Shown in pieces: positions 1-11,638 of a DNA stretch of 64,000 nt (positions are counted from its first letter, which is position 1; each line of letters starts with the position of its first letter). Origin of the DNA: Lama guanicoe (Eukaryota); NCBI GenBank assembly GCA_013239625.1, contig MU053994.1, positions 1,491,775-1,555,774 of the forward strand. The letters run 5' to 3'. The position numbers and the translations under genes were made by a program. Under the pieces are notes generated by a model, which was given only the letters and a program-made list of their open reading frames with translations, made no database searches and was not told the origin of the DNA.

Positions 1-575
1 ATACATTGCTGCTACGTAGTCACTTTGGAAAACAGTTTAAAATATCCTCAAAAATTTAAACATAGAGTTACCATATGACCCAGTTATTCCACTCCTAGGT
101 ATATATCCAAGAGACATGAAAACATATGTTCACACAAAAACCTGCACACAAACAATCATAGCACCATTATTCATAAGAGCCAAAAAGTGGAAATAACCCA
201 AATATTCATCAGCTGATGAATGGATAAACAAAATGTGGTATATCCATACAATGGAATATTATTCAGCCACAAAAAGGAATGCCACAACATGGATGAACTG
301 CAAAAACATTATGCTAAGTGAAAGAAACCAGCCACAAAGGCTGCATATTATATGATGCCAGTTATATGAAATGTCAAAAATAGTCACATCTATAGAGATA
401 GAAAAATCAGAGATTACCAGACACTGCAGAGAAGGGGTCATTGGGAGCAACTGCTAATGGATATGGGACTTCTTCTGCACTGATAAAAACATTCTAAAAT
501 TAGATAATGATTGTAGTTACATAAATGTAAATATGTGATAACATGTAAATTATATCTAAGTGAAGCTGTTGTAAA
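1..575 (+). mobile_element. Ancient LINE-1 (L1M-type) 3' fragment, ORF2 end plus 3'UTR
   Basis: Typical L1 3' motifs: cactttggaaaacagttt, ccatatgacccag..attccactcctaggtatata, tggataaacaaaatgtggtatatccatacaatggaatattattcagcc, ctaagtgaaagaa. Runs off the window start. Confidence 0.9.
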
Positions 576-2489
576 AGTGGAGGGGAAAGTGCTCAGATCC
601 CAGAAAAAAGAGTTGGCTCCACATTCAGAACATGCTACCATATCTATAGTGTTATCCTTTATCAACAAAGTGCAGCACTGGAACAACTTGTGTAACAATA
701 AAAGTCACACTGCATTTATTTATATCCCCACACAGCTTGGAACACAGTGAGTTATAATGAAAATTTTTTGATTTATTGATCTGATAAGACAAATTCCTAA
801 TTTTCTTTTTTTTCATCAAAAATACTCAATATCTTGAGTATCCAGCACAATTTCATGTACCCCATAACTCAATCTGTTCTTATTGATGAAAATGATGAAT
901 TCCCTCAAAATGCTAAAATTGTTTTGTTGAAAAACAAAGCAAAGCATAGTCTAAATTCATTTAGGACATCCATTGAAAGAGGCTTGCATTGTTTACAGAT
1001 CTACATCTGCTTTGTACACAAAGAGCTTTTATACCAAGGCCAACTGTTATTGTTTTCCTTCTTTATCGTGGAATCTTTCCTGAATTCATGGCTCTGAGCA
1101 AATACAGTTTAGTGCATAAATGTAGACCAGCAAACTCCCTTTATTTTTGTTGATGTTGTATGATGCTGAAATTCCTATTAACTTTTTCTCCCATCAGTGA
1201 TATTACAGACTAATTCCTATCACTTCTGTAAAGCAAATAAGAAATGGCTTGTGATCAAAAACACTTTACAGAAATAACATAACCAATTCAGAGAAAAGAA
1301 CAATATTGCCATATGTGGATGGAAGCATGAAAACATTTATATTTGAGGGGGGGAGACTAAAGGCTTAATAGAATGAAAAGAAAAGATATAGCAATGTCAA
1401 TCATCTAATGTCTGCTTCTGAATCTGAAAAATGATACTAGGATACAAAAGTTAGAAATTGCTCAGTTGATTTTCATTATACGGGGCCTTAGTGGACTCAC
1501 AAAACCAAACTAGAGCCCACAGCTGGACAGTAGTTTATCAATGGCTTTGGGTCACTTGATCATTTTCCAACTTGATCTCCAGCCCCCGGGGACAGGGGCT
1601 GTCTTCTCTGAGGAGTCTTTCCTCTCTATATCAAAATGATCTTTTCTGGAATTCTATCATTAAAAATTAGTATCTTTAAGTCTTTAAGGGTTTCTATACA
1701 TAGTAGAGTCCCTTATTAAACTAGAAATTGCCTTTGACAGGCTTAGTTGGCAGTCAGTTTGTGCCAAGAGAATTGGAGCTTAGAAATATACAAGACCCCA
1801 GTTGACTTTGCATTAGACAGGGCTTTCCTCTCAGACTCCCAAGCTACCCTGACATCCCTTAGATATGTAGCCCCTGCAGGTGGCACTCACAGTAGTGAGA
1901 GGGAGTTATTTCTGAGGACCCATCTTGCTGGAATTTCCTCAGTCAGACAGTTGTCACAAGTAATAGATGTGACCTGAGTGCTCTGTGATTTGAATAAGGT
2001 GAGGATAAGGAATCCAACCTCCACTGTGTGACTGTGACTTAAGGTTCCACCATTGAAGCCAAGGAAGTGATTAAGACTAGCATCTCTGTAAGTTTGAGTA
2101 ACAATTTATTAAATAATAATTGGCATTTAAAAGGTAATTAAAAGTCATATATTCAGGCCTGTCATAAACATCTTCATCCTATGCCAAACAAAGAGCAACT
2201 TAAACAAAAGTAGTTTATAAGCCTTAAGATTTTATGATTTTTTTCCAGTCTCTCTTCCTATATCTCCCTCACTCAGCTTCAGTCTATCCCCTCCCTCCAT
2301 GTTTTCTGCATATTTTCTTTCTTCTGGAGGCTGCCGTGGTCATAACTCTTTTATTTTTTTAACTTTCTTCTCTAACTATCCTTCTAGCTTCTCCTCCCTT
2401 CCTGTCGTTTTTTCTTTGCTCATTCTACCTTTGCCTTAAATAACATAATATGCAGCATATGTGTTTAGAAATAGCTGTTTAATAAAGTT

Positions 2490-3365
2490 TTGTTTCTTTT
2501 TCTTAACTTTTGTTTCAGATATTGTATATTTCAGTTCTCAAATTTTTATGTTTTTTTCATAGTTTCTATCCTAAGATTTTGTCTATTCATTTATTGCAAG
2601 CATATTTTCTTTTAAGTCATTGAGCATAGTTATAATGGCTAGTTTAAAATCCTTCTTTGCTAATACCAATATCTGGGTTGCCTTGAGGTTAGTCTTCATT
2701 GATTTTCTTTCCTATTGAGAATGGGTCACATTTTCCTGGTTCTTCATAGGTCAAGTAATTTTGTATTTTATCTTGGACATTCTGAATGTTATGGGGATCC
2801 TGGATTCTGTTATATTCCTCCAAAGAATGTTTCTCTCTTTAAGCAGGCAATTAAATTGGTTGGACTCAAACTGCAAACTCTCTCTCTTAGATAGTATCTC
2901 ACTATAATTGGTTTTTCCTTAGCTGGGATACTTTTGATCTTCCCTGTGCATGTGGTTCAAGGATGAGCTGGAGATTTGGGCAAAGGATACACACAGAATT
3001 TAGACTTTCTCTTCTCTGGATAACTTCTTTCTAGGATTCTTCTCTCACACTCTAGTGGCTGTGGATATGAGTTACCCAGAACTCTTCAGGCTGGAAAAAC
3101 TGGATTTTCTATAAGAGTTTTAGCAGCCCCTTGCAGTGCTGTCTACAACCTAATCTTGGACTAAAAGCTGTTAACGGCAAAAGTTCATTCCATGTTTTCC
3201 CCTGCTTTACAAGGTTGTCTCCCCTCCAGAATTTGCTTACTTTTGCTCACTCTCCAGAGCCTTCAGGTAGCTGGGGGTTTTTGTGTTTTCTTTTAGAGTT
3301 TACAGCTGTTATCTATGGGAAGGTTAGTCCAGTAGAAGCTTACTCAGCCATACTGGGAGCAGAGC
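2490..3365 (-). mobile_element. Ancient LINE-1 fragment (L1M-type)
   Basis: T-rich stretch with degenerate antisense L1M motifs (ttgagcatagttataat..ttaaaatcc, gtcacattttcctggttcttcata..gtaattttgtatttta, ttggactcaaactgcaaactc). Confidence 0.7.
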
Positions 3366-3729
3366 CAACTTTTCTTGATTTCTAAAATAATATGAGTTCA
3401 GTCTTTCCTATATCTTTCTCAGAAAGAATGCTAATTTACATTGCAGTTCAAAGCCTTTGATTGATTTTTTGTGGGTCAGTGACCTTCAATAGAGAGACAG
3501 TCCTGTAGCCCAGTCTAGAGAAAGATGTTACATTAAGCTTCATTTCAACTTATTCAACAAAATTCATTGTCCTCCTGTTATGAGAAAAACCTTGGGTTAC
3601 CTGTTGTGGTTGTCTAGGGACCATCCTTGAATTTTGTGGGAGGAAGGCAAAACTGACTATCAGAATGATTATATGGCTAAGAGGCAAAAAAAGATCTTCT
3701 TATCTTTGAGAAATACTGATTCTGTATCA

Positions 3730-3850
3730 GGTAATCATTTTACAAATGCTCTCTTGTTTAACCCTCATACCTCTGCCAGGTGGATATTATTGTCCACTTT
3801 TTATAGATAAGAAACGTGAGTCTCAAAGGCTGCACAGCTGGTAATTTTCA
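3730..3850 (-). mobile_element. MIR SINE fragment
   Basis: ttattgtccactttttatagataagaaacgtgagtctca resembles the antisense MIR core. Confidence 0.6.
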
Positions 3851-4759
3851 TAGGCTTTTAATTAAAAAATGAGCCAAAGCTAAAAAAAAATAGGTTGCTC
3901 ATTGTACTGTGTTCTCAAAAATAATATTATTATTAATAATAAAAATAACAACATCCAAATGCCACTTTTCCTCTTAGCAAAAAGGGACTGTGACTCAGTA
4001 CGGCCCCTGACTTTTGACTGACAAGGTTCCATAAATGCTAAGTATAGTTTTCTATTAAGATTGAAACCTATGAGAAAAAAGCCGTGGACTGACCCATCTT
4101 CAAAGTGTCCATTTAAGATTATTTTCTGTCAGCCAGGTGGCTAATGGGCTGTGTTAGACAATGGATAGATATTGTATTCTGTCTGAGACCATAGAATTGG
4201 AGGGAAAAAGAGCAATTCCGCATTTATTTGGTTTGTCTACTGCCCGGGAGCCCAAGCTGCAGAGAATGTTTATTTCACTTTAACAAATGGACGGCACCTC
4301 CCTGTTTTACGCTGGAAGAAAACCTCTGTTCCGGCCTCAGTGTGAACAAGGGCATTGGTGATGGAATATCCAGTGTGAGTCATTGTCCCCTCACTGGGCA
4401 AAAATAGTTAAAGCATTCTGGGGCAATTTTAAGGGAAAATGTTCAGTTAATGGTAGGTTTATCTAATACTGGATTAAAAAAATATATATTGACTGCTTCC
4501 TGTTTTACAGAAGGAACTTGCAGACAACAAAAAGTGAGCTCCCTATTGAATTGAATAATGACTCTGCTAAGAGATGAGAACACAAGAAGAGATGTTTAAG
4601 GCACAGTTGAAAGAAAGAAGTAATAAGCCTGACTTAGACAATAGACAGCAGCCTCAGTCTGGGCAGTAGGAGATACTGGGAAAGCACTGATTTTGAACTC
4701 CCAACCCACTTAGTCATGGAAGCACTGTGGCCCGTAGGGTTGCATTTCTCCTCCAAGTT

Positions 4760-4890
4760 CTGCAACTCACTTGGTTATTGTTCATTTGACCTTGGGGAAG
4801 TAATTTCACCTCTCTGAGCCTCAGTGTATTTACCTATAAAGCAAGGTGGTTGGATTATGTTATCTTTTAGATCCCTTCTAGTTTTAACTT
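4760..4890 (+). mobile_element. MIR (MIR3/MIRc-like) SINE fragment
   Basis: tgaccttggggaagtaatttcacctctctgagcctcagtgt..cctataaa is the MIR core. Confidence 0.7.
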
Positions 4891-6084
4891 TTAAATACCC
4901 AAGAATCTTCTTCTACTTTCTCACCCAGGTCTTTTTCCACTTCATCCTAGAGTCAAGAATTCTACTTCTGGGAAAGCAAAATGGTGTCAGAATAGATGAA
5001 TTAGTCAAAACTTTTGCATTAGAATGGAAACAAATCAAAATAAAAGCAGGAAAAATACATCTGTCACACCTGAACTTGAAAACAGATGGCAGGTGATAAA
5101 TGAATAGACTTTGGACTACTCTCTGACTGTAAACTTTCCTACACTTTTATGTGAAACTAACAGTTCACTTTAAATATCTACAATGAGTTCTGACCGAGAA
5201 GAGCAGGCAGCTCAAATAATGAAGGTCAGCAACTAATGCCCAAATCCCACTGCTTTAGAATGTGCTCAAAGACAGCCTCAAATGCATGAAGAGGAACAAA
5301 CACATTTGTCCCACCTATGACCTTGTCAGTACAGGCTGGTCCAGTGGTAGACATGGCTGGAATCCAAAGGTCAAATAGACCCAGAGGGAAGGACACACAA
5401 TTTGGGGAGATCCCAGCATGACCTTAATGGAATAGGTGGAATAAGCAGTTCAGGCTTAAAAGCCTAAAGTGCTGAGATCATGGATTGCTTTTGAACCATT
5501 ATAGCTTTGAGATGCTTTGGCAGTAAAGGAACTGGAGGTACCATAGAAAAGAGGTAAGTTTTTGTTTGTTTCCCAAGGAAATGCTATTTCTTAGAACACT
5601 CTTAGAAGCCAAACCTTTCCTGTCTCAATTTTTTGGCTTTCTGAGGGATAGATGAATCCTCTCTCCAGCCATACAGAGGGAGTGAATGAATCAAACACCA
5701 CTGACTGAAAGAAACCAAACAGACATGAAAGAAGGAGGAAAAAGAGAAGGAGGAGGAGTAGAAAGAAGAGGGGCAAAGTGAGTTAACCTAGTGATCAAGC
5801 ATTTATGGGTTTTCAGACACAGCAAACCTTAGTAATAATATTACTGGTCAGATCTGGAGTTATTTGCAGAGAAGCATTCTCTTCAATATGCATGTCTTAA
5901 TTTTGGTTCTCCCAAAAGCAGACCTTGAGATGAAGGCTGGGATGTAGATCCCATGTAACTCAAATGAGGAAGTGGGAAAAATAAGGAAAAAGAGGCTAAT
6001 GAAAGATACATTAATGAATGGGATTTCCCTGTGGGCAACTAGAGCTCAAACCCCTAGGAACTCCCTGAGAAACTGTGTGAAACC

Positions 6085-6641
6085 TGTGTTAGTTTCCTAA
6101 GGCTGCTCTAATAAATAACCACAAACTTGATGGGTTAAAACAACAGAGACTTACTCTCTCATGGTTCTGGAGGCCAGAAGTCTGAAATCAAGGTGTCAGC
6201 AGGATGGGTTCCTTGTGAAGTCTCTGAGGAGGAATCTGTTCCAGGAGTCCCTCCTGGCTCCTGGTGGTTTGCCAACACTCTTTGGTCTTCCTTGGCTTGT
6301 AGACACATCATTCCAGTCTCTGCCTCTGTCTTCATGTCACCTACTCTATTTGTCTTCTCATCTCTTCTTTTAGAAGGTACTTGTCATTAGATTTTTTTTT
6401 TCAAGAAAGCAAAGTGAGGATTTACTAAGTGATAGTATGCTTTCCAGGGGAGAGCAGGCAGACTCAGGTGAGTAGCTGCCCTTGTCATTAGATTTATGGC
6501 CAACCTTAATCCAGGATGATTTTGTCTCAAGATCTTTAACCATGTCTGCCAAGAGCCTTTTTCCAAATAAGGTCACATTCACAGGTTCCACATGGACATC
6601 TTTTGGTGGGGGCGGGGGGGTGCACCATTCAACTTACTATG
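6085..6641 (-). mobile_element. MaLR MLT1 (MLT1B/C-like) solo LTR
   Basis: tgtgttagtttcctaaggctgct..accacaaactt..ggttaaaacaacag..ttctggaggccagaagtctgaaatcaaggtgtcagcagg..tttccaaataaggtcacattcacagg. Confidence 0.9.
6395..6480 (-). mobile_element. Short polyadenylated retro-insertion (LTR R-region-like) with 15-bp TSD
   Basis: Perfect direct repeat cttgtcattagattt at 6380-6394 and 6481-6495. T-run at the left end (poly(A) on the minus strand). AGTAAA lies 19 nt upstream of the tail. Confidence 0.8.
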
Positions 6642-7944
6642 GGATCCCTTAGAATTATGCCACTGTGGAAGTTGGAATATGTAGTCCACTGCCTCTGATC
6701 TCCTATTGGTTAAAGATTGCCCCTGCAAGGGCATCAAATCTCCAGCCCTTCTGGACTGTCCTTGCTTGGGGCTGAGCAAACTCCTCTGATGCTAGTGAAA
6801 TTCCCAAGATAGAAAAGCAGAGAGAGGCAGGTGCTTGAGGTGGCAAGCAGTCAGAATGCATGGGAACCGATGAGCCTGATTGCAGGGGACCTTAGAAGTG
6901 GACCAGGGGGATGTGAGGCGTCAGTAGTGACTGCTACAAGGCCAAACAAAATGAAGACACTGTATGAGATGACTGCCAGGTCAGTTGGTGGGAATGGATG
7001 AGGACAATGTGACAAGGCTACTTAAGGCTGGATTGAGCAGAAAGAGACTAAGATACTAGCAGAGTGGCATGAATTGTGCAGACTCAAGCATGCAGTCTTG
7101 TGAGGCCCTCAGCAGCACTAGACCCACAGGAAGTACTGAAATGTTTACTTGAGAAAATGCCCAGCTAGCCTAGAAAAGCCATCCAAAGGCCCAGGCAGTG
7201 TCCATTGGGCACTGCTGCCTTGTATTACTTCAAGAACTTTTCCTTGGGTCTCAGCAAGGACTTCAGAAGTTGGTTAAATCCTTAGGGGTTGGGAAGGCGT
7301 TTCCTGAACATCTATCATTGGTGAAGACCCCAGCCATTTGAAGGTACAGAGACAGACTCCATCCCTGGAGAAGAACAGGGAATAAGAAAAGGCAGACAGG
7401 ATAGTACAGTTCCAAATAGATAACCTTGGCTTTAGGATAGGGCTTTGTTCTGGGTGAAGGGAGAGGAGAGGAAACAAGAAAATAACTAACTAAAAACATG
7501 GTGGGGTCCCGGGTAGGATTCCAATCCTGCTGGCTAACTCAAGCACCTGGAAGAGTAAGGAAGAGTCAGCAGAATGACCCTGAGGTGTCATAGGCTCCTG
7601 AGCTAGTCTACATACCAGGTCTGCCCTCTGCCGTGTAGGCCACATGCCTGAGTTAGGATCACAGCCCCTAGATAGAACAGCATTGGTGTCATCAGGCCAG
7701 GTGGTCAGGTCAGGGATTATCAGAAGGTTCCCCTCACTTTTTGCCTACCTGAATTCTGTCTGAATCCTGAGCCCTTAAGAGGGGTAGCATTTTCTCACCC
7801 TCCTGCCACATCTAAACCTCATGAATCCCTGGGGCTGGAGGAGGGATAACTATTTGCTCACTCTTTAATGCTACTTCTAGATTATTTTGTTCCTAAAGCA
7901 CCCAGATTCCTGGAAGCCATTGTAGACCACACTCCCCATTTCTT

Positions 7945-8443
7945 CTCAATGCAGTTCAGGTCCTCTGAGAAGCTAACACCAGGACAAGATTAGATATGCA
8001 AGAGGTTTATTGGGGAAACCAACTTCGAGGGAAAAAAATGGAAAGGGAACTGGAGGGGGCAGAGGATGCAGGTAGGAAAAGTAGTAGACTTGATATGGCT
8101 GGAGAGAGAATTCATCTATCCCTTAGGAAACCAAAAAAATTAAGATAGGAAAGGTTTGACTTCAAGGTATGTTCTGAGAAATACCATTTCCTCAGTGCAT
8201 GCCTGAGAAAGTTTTGGCAAGGCTGATGGGGAGGTCTGGAGCCAAAGCTGCCGGAGGAGTCCTGCATCTCCCAGGAGTGTTTCTGCCTTCATTGCCCTGC
8301 GGCGTTCATGCACAGGCTGGGAGCAGCCAGTGGGAGGTGGGGCTTCAACATGGTGATGGATTTCAGAGCACAGCAGTTGGGGCCATAGGTCAGCTGCACT
8401 GCCCACAGTCAGAGGTCTGAGGGGCATTCTCATGGCCACTGCA
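7945..8443 (-). mobile_element. ERVL LTR16-like solo LTR
   Basis: cagttcaggtcctctgagaagc..atgcaagaggtttattgggg..ctgagaaagttttggcaaggctgatggggag..ggctgggagcagcc..ctcatggccactgca. Confidence 0.7.
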
Positions 8444-8540
8444 AACTCCTTGTGGCAGTCACCTTCTATCCTCTGATCCGACACACCCCACCTTCACCCT
8501 ACACTTTCACTGAAGACTTTACCACCAGGATCACTGCCTT

Positions 8541-9425
8541 TTTTAAAAAATTGAAATATAGTTGATTTAAAATATAGTTAGCTTATGGTGTACAGCATAG
8601 TGATTTAGTTATACATGTATATATTCTTTTTCATATTCTTTTTAATTATAGGTTATTATAAGCTATTGAATATAGTTCTCTGTGCTATACAGTAGGACCT
8701 TATTGTTTATCTATTGTATATACATAATAGTTCATGTATACTAATCCTAAACTTCTAACTTATCCCTCCCCACCTCCCTTTCCCCTTTGGTAACCATAAG
8801 TTTGTTTTCTATGTCTGTGATTCTGTTTCTGTTTTTAAAGTAAGTTCATTTGGATCATTTTTTAGATTCCACATATAAGTGATATCATATGATATTTGTC
8901 TTTCCCTGTATGACATACTTCATTTAGTATGGTAATCTCTAGGCCCATGTTGCTGCAAATGGCATTATTTCATTCTTTTTATGGCTGAGTAGTATTCCAT
9001 TGTATAAATATACCACAGCTTCTTTATCCAGTCATCTGTAGATGAACATTTAGGTTGTTTCTTGTCTTTGCAATTGTAAATAGTGCTGATATGAACATTG
9101 GGGTGCATATGTATTTTTGAATTAGAGTTTTCTCCAGATATATGCCTAGGAGTGGGATTGCTGTATCATATGGTAAGTTTGTTTTTAGTTTTTTGAGTAG
9201 TCTCCATACTGTTTTCCATAACGGCTGCACCAAACTACATTCCCACCAACAGTGTAGGAGGGTTCCTTTTCTCTATACCCTTTCCAGTATTTATCATTCG
9301 TGGACTTTTGAATGATGGCCATTCTCACTGGTGTGAGGTGATACCTCATTGTAGTTTTGATTTTCATTTCTCTGGTAATTAGCAATGTTGAGCATGTTTT
9401 CATGTGCCTGTTGGCCATCTGGATG
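8541..9425 (-). mobile_element. Younger 5'-truncated LINE-1 (3' end) with 15-bp TSD, inserted in an L2
   Basis: Minus-strand ORFs 9024-9233 and 9185-9418 translate to L1 ORF2 C-terminal peptides ([41 protein letters not shown]). TSD caggatcactg(c/t)ctt at 8526-8540 and 9426-9440. Confidence 0.95.
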
Positions 9426-10600
9426 CAGGATCACTGTCTTACTCTCCACCACGACTTTCATTCTTGGTCATTTCAACACATTCATAGAGAGTCCTTCCAA
9501 CATTATGGCCTCTCATATCCTTGACATCCTCACTTCCTGTGGTCTGTACCACCTCCATCTCAGTCATTGCCAAGGTCTCATTACCAAGGATTGCTCCATT
9601 CCCTAACTTCAGTTTCAAGCTTCCCATATTCCTACCTCCTATCATCCCAGCTCACTCTCTCCAGTGCTTAGGCACAGCCAACCTTGAGCTTCCTTAAGTC
9701 CCCCAGCCCTGTTACTGTTCCAACTTTTCACTGCTCCTTATCCCCTTCATTTCCTCACTCTCCACCTTTTTTTAGACTCCACAATCTATCCACCATGTGT
9801 ACAACTCTTTATACCTACTGTCAACTCCTTGTACCTTCTCTCAACTCCATCATTTTGCTTGACTTTGCTAAGCAAGCTCAGCCTTGCTTAATTCCAGCCT
9901 GCCATGTCTTCCAACCCTGCCCCTAAACAGCTGAAGGTGGCCACTGAAAAACATCCAACCATTGCTGACTGGTCTCACTTGAAATTTATGACAGCAGACC
10001 TCTAGTGGGACTTCAGAGCAGCCAGGCAATCCTATCCCATTCCCCCAGTCAACTCACTCTCCCTTCTCCCTGAGATGACTATTTCCTACTTTGTCATCTT
10101 TCCTCAAGCCTCCAGCAGTTCCTCCCCTACCCTTCTTTTCAGCTGCTGACCTTGTTTCTTAGTACCCTGAGAGGGAAGCAGTCAGAACTTTCCTACTGCC
10201 CGCCACCGTATCTGTCCACCTACTTGCAGTTGTATTCACAAAGCTGCCTTTGTTTCTGATAAAATGAACAAACTGTGTGTTCTTCTACCCAAGGCCAGCT
10301 CCCCCAAGTGTGAACTAGATCCCATACCCCGTTGTGTCGTCAAGGCTTTCCTCCTGCAATTCTGTCCTCTCTCTCTCCTGCTTCTTCCGCATTTCTCTCC
10401 CTGCTGAATCATTTCCATCAGCATAAAAACATGCTGTAATACCTGCCATCCAAAAAATAAATAAACCTCCCTGATGCATATACCTTTTTAACTACCACTC
10501 ATTTCTCTCTTCCTCTTTATAGTAAAACTCCTTTACAAAGTTGTCTATATTTGCTGTCTTCACTTCCTCTCCTCCCCTGACTCTTGAACCCCCTCTAGTC
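9426..10600 (+). mobile_element. LINE-2 fragment (continues left of the L1 to about 8470)
   Basis: C/T-rich decayed L2 sequence (gctgactggtctcacttgaaatttatgac, aaaacatgctgtaata..ccatcc, ctcttgaaccccctctagtctgg). Confidence 0.8.
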
Positions 10601-11149
10601 TGGTGTCTATGGGAAATGAGAACCATTTCTCCAGCCCCATTGTTTGATCTGCAGTAAACATTTCACAGCGTCAACCTACTTTCCTGCCTCTGGTGTTCTC
10701 AGAATACAGCATCCTGACCCAAGGAGGCTCTTCCTGGGTACGAGACCCCCAGACTCTAGCACTTGCTGGTTGGAGCTGGGTTGACCCAGGATTCTTCGGT
10801 AGGGGTCCAGGTTGGGCACTGATGTATGAACTCAGTGGAGCACCACTTAGGCTCACCTGGAGAAGCCATTCTGAGTTCCCATCTTACCCCAGACATTCCT
10901 GTGCTCACAGTTTTGAATTCTCATCCTCCACTCCAGCAGTAAAGAATAATATGTCCAGCTGGAGCCTCTCTCCTCTGAAGGCCCCCTCTGTTCATGGTCC
11001 CAGGACCCACACAATGCCCCATGCCCAGAGATGACCATCTGTTCTGCCAGGACCTGGTGCGTACTTCTCACCGGCCACTTTCACTTCTTTCTTGGAAAAC
11101 ATGCAGGCTCCAGCTGTGGGAACTGGAGAGACAAGTACACAAGAGATAG

Positions 11150-11260
11150 CAAAGCAATTGATTTAATAAATATTTGTTAATCAACTGCTCCATGTTAGGT
11201 GCATGTTCACAGCAGTGAGCGAAACAAGCAAATTCCTGTCCATATGGATACTGCAGTCAA
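11150..11260 (-). mobile_element. LINE-2 3' end fragment
   Basis: atttaataaatatttgtt..tgctccatgttaggtgc..cagtgagcgaaacaagca..cctgtcc. Confidence 0.55.
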
Positions 11261-11264
11261 ATGT

Positions 11265-11365
11265 TTATCTATCTGTCATCTGTCTATCTGACAATCATAT
11301 ATCTTATCTTTATCTATCTATCTGTCTGTCTGTCTATCTATCTAGCTAGCTAGCTAGCTAGCTAT
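11265..11365. repeat. Compound microsatellite (TATC)n/(TGTC)n/(TAGC)n
   Basis: Directly visible tetranucleotide runs. Confidence 0.9.
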
Positions 11366-11613
11366 CGAAGCCAAGATACTGCTCAGAAAGAGCAGTACAA
11401 GCTAAGTGAAGGAAAACATGTTCTATGATCAGGTCCCCTCCCTTTAGACCCCAAATCAGCCTTGTCACTGGCATATCTACCGTAGCCCCTCAGTAGAAAC
11501 AGCCCATTCATTGTTGAGCTTGAGTGGGTCATGATTTCCAGTTCTGTGCATCCTTGCATCTCCATCAATAGCCACCTTGTGAGATGTGGAGCCATTATAA
11601 TTAGCTCCACATG

Positions 11614-11638
11614 GTGCTCACTTTGGCATCACGTATAC
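11614..11638 (+). pseudogene. RNU6: Tailless 3'-truncated U6 snRNA retrocopy (nt 1-25)
   Basis: gtgctcactttggcatcacgtatac vs U6 GTGCTCGCTTCGGCAGCACATATAC gives 21/25 identity, and two mismatches are CpG transitions. Flanked by the perfect direct repeat aattagctccacat at 11599-11612 and 11639-11652. Confidence 0.8.

Larger units (their letters stand above)
5893..6938 (-). mobile_element. ERVL LTR33-like solo LTR, interrupted by an MLT1 element at 6085-6641
   Basis: Starts tgtcttaattttggttctcccaaaagcagaccttgaga, contains tgtgggcaactagagctca and ends gactgctaca. This matches the reverse complement of the LTR33-type consensus as recalled. Confidence 0.75.

Noticed and set aside
5334..5350. ggctggtccagtggtag resembling the Y RNA 5' end
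   Set aside because: Only 15/17 identity, similarity stops there, and there is no TSD or tail.
8070..8156. Possible TSD-flanked insert inside the LTR16-like element (taggaaaagt / taggaaaggt)
   Set aside because: The repeat is short and imperfect, and the boundaries cannot be fixed without a consensus alignment.
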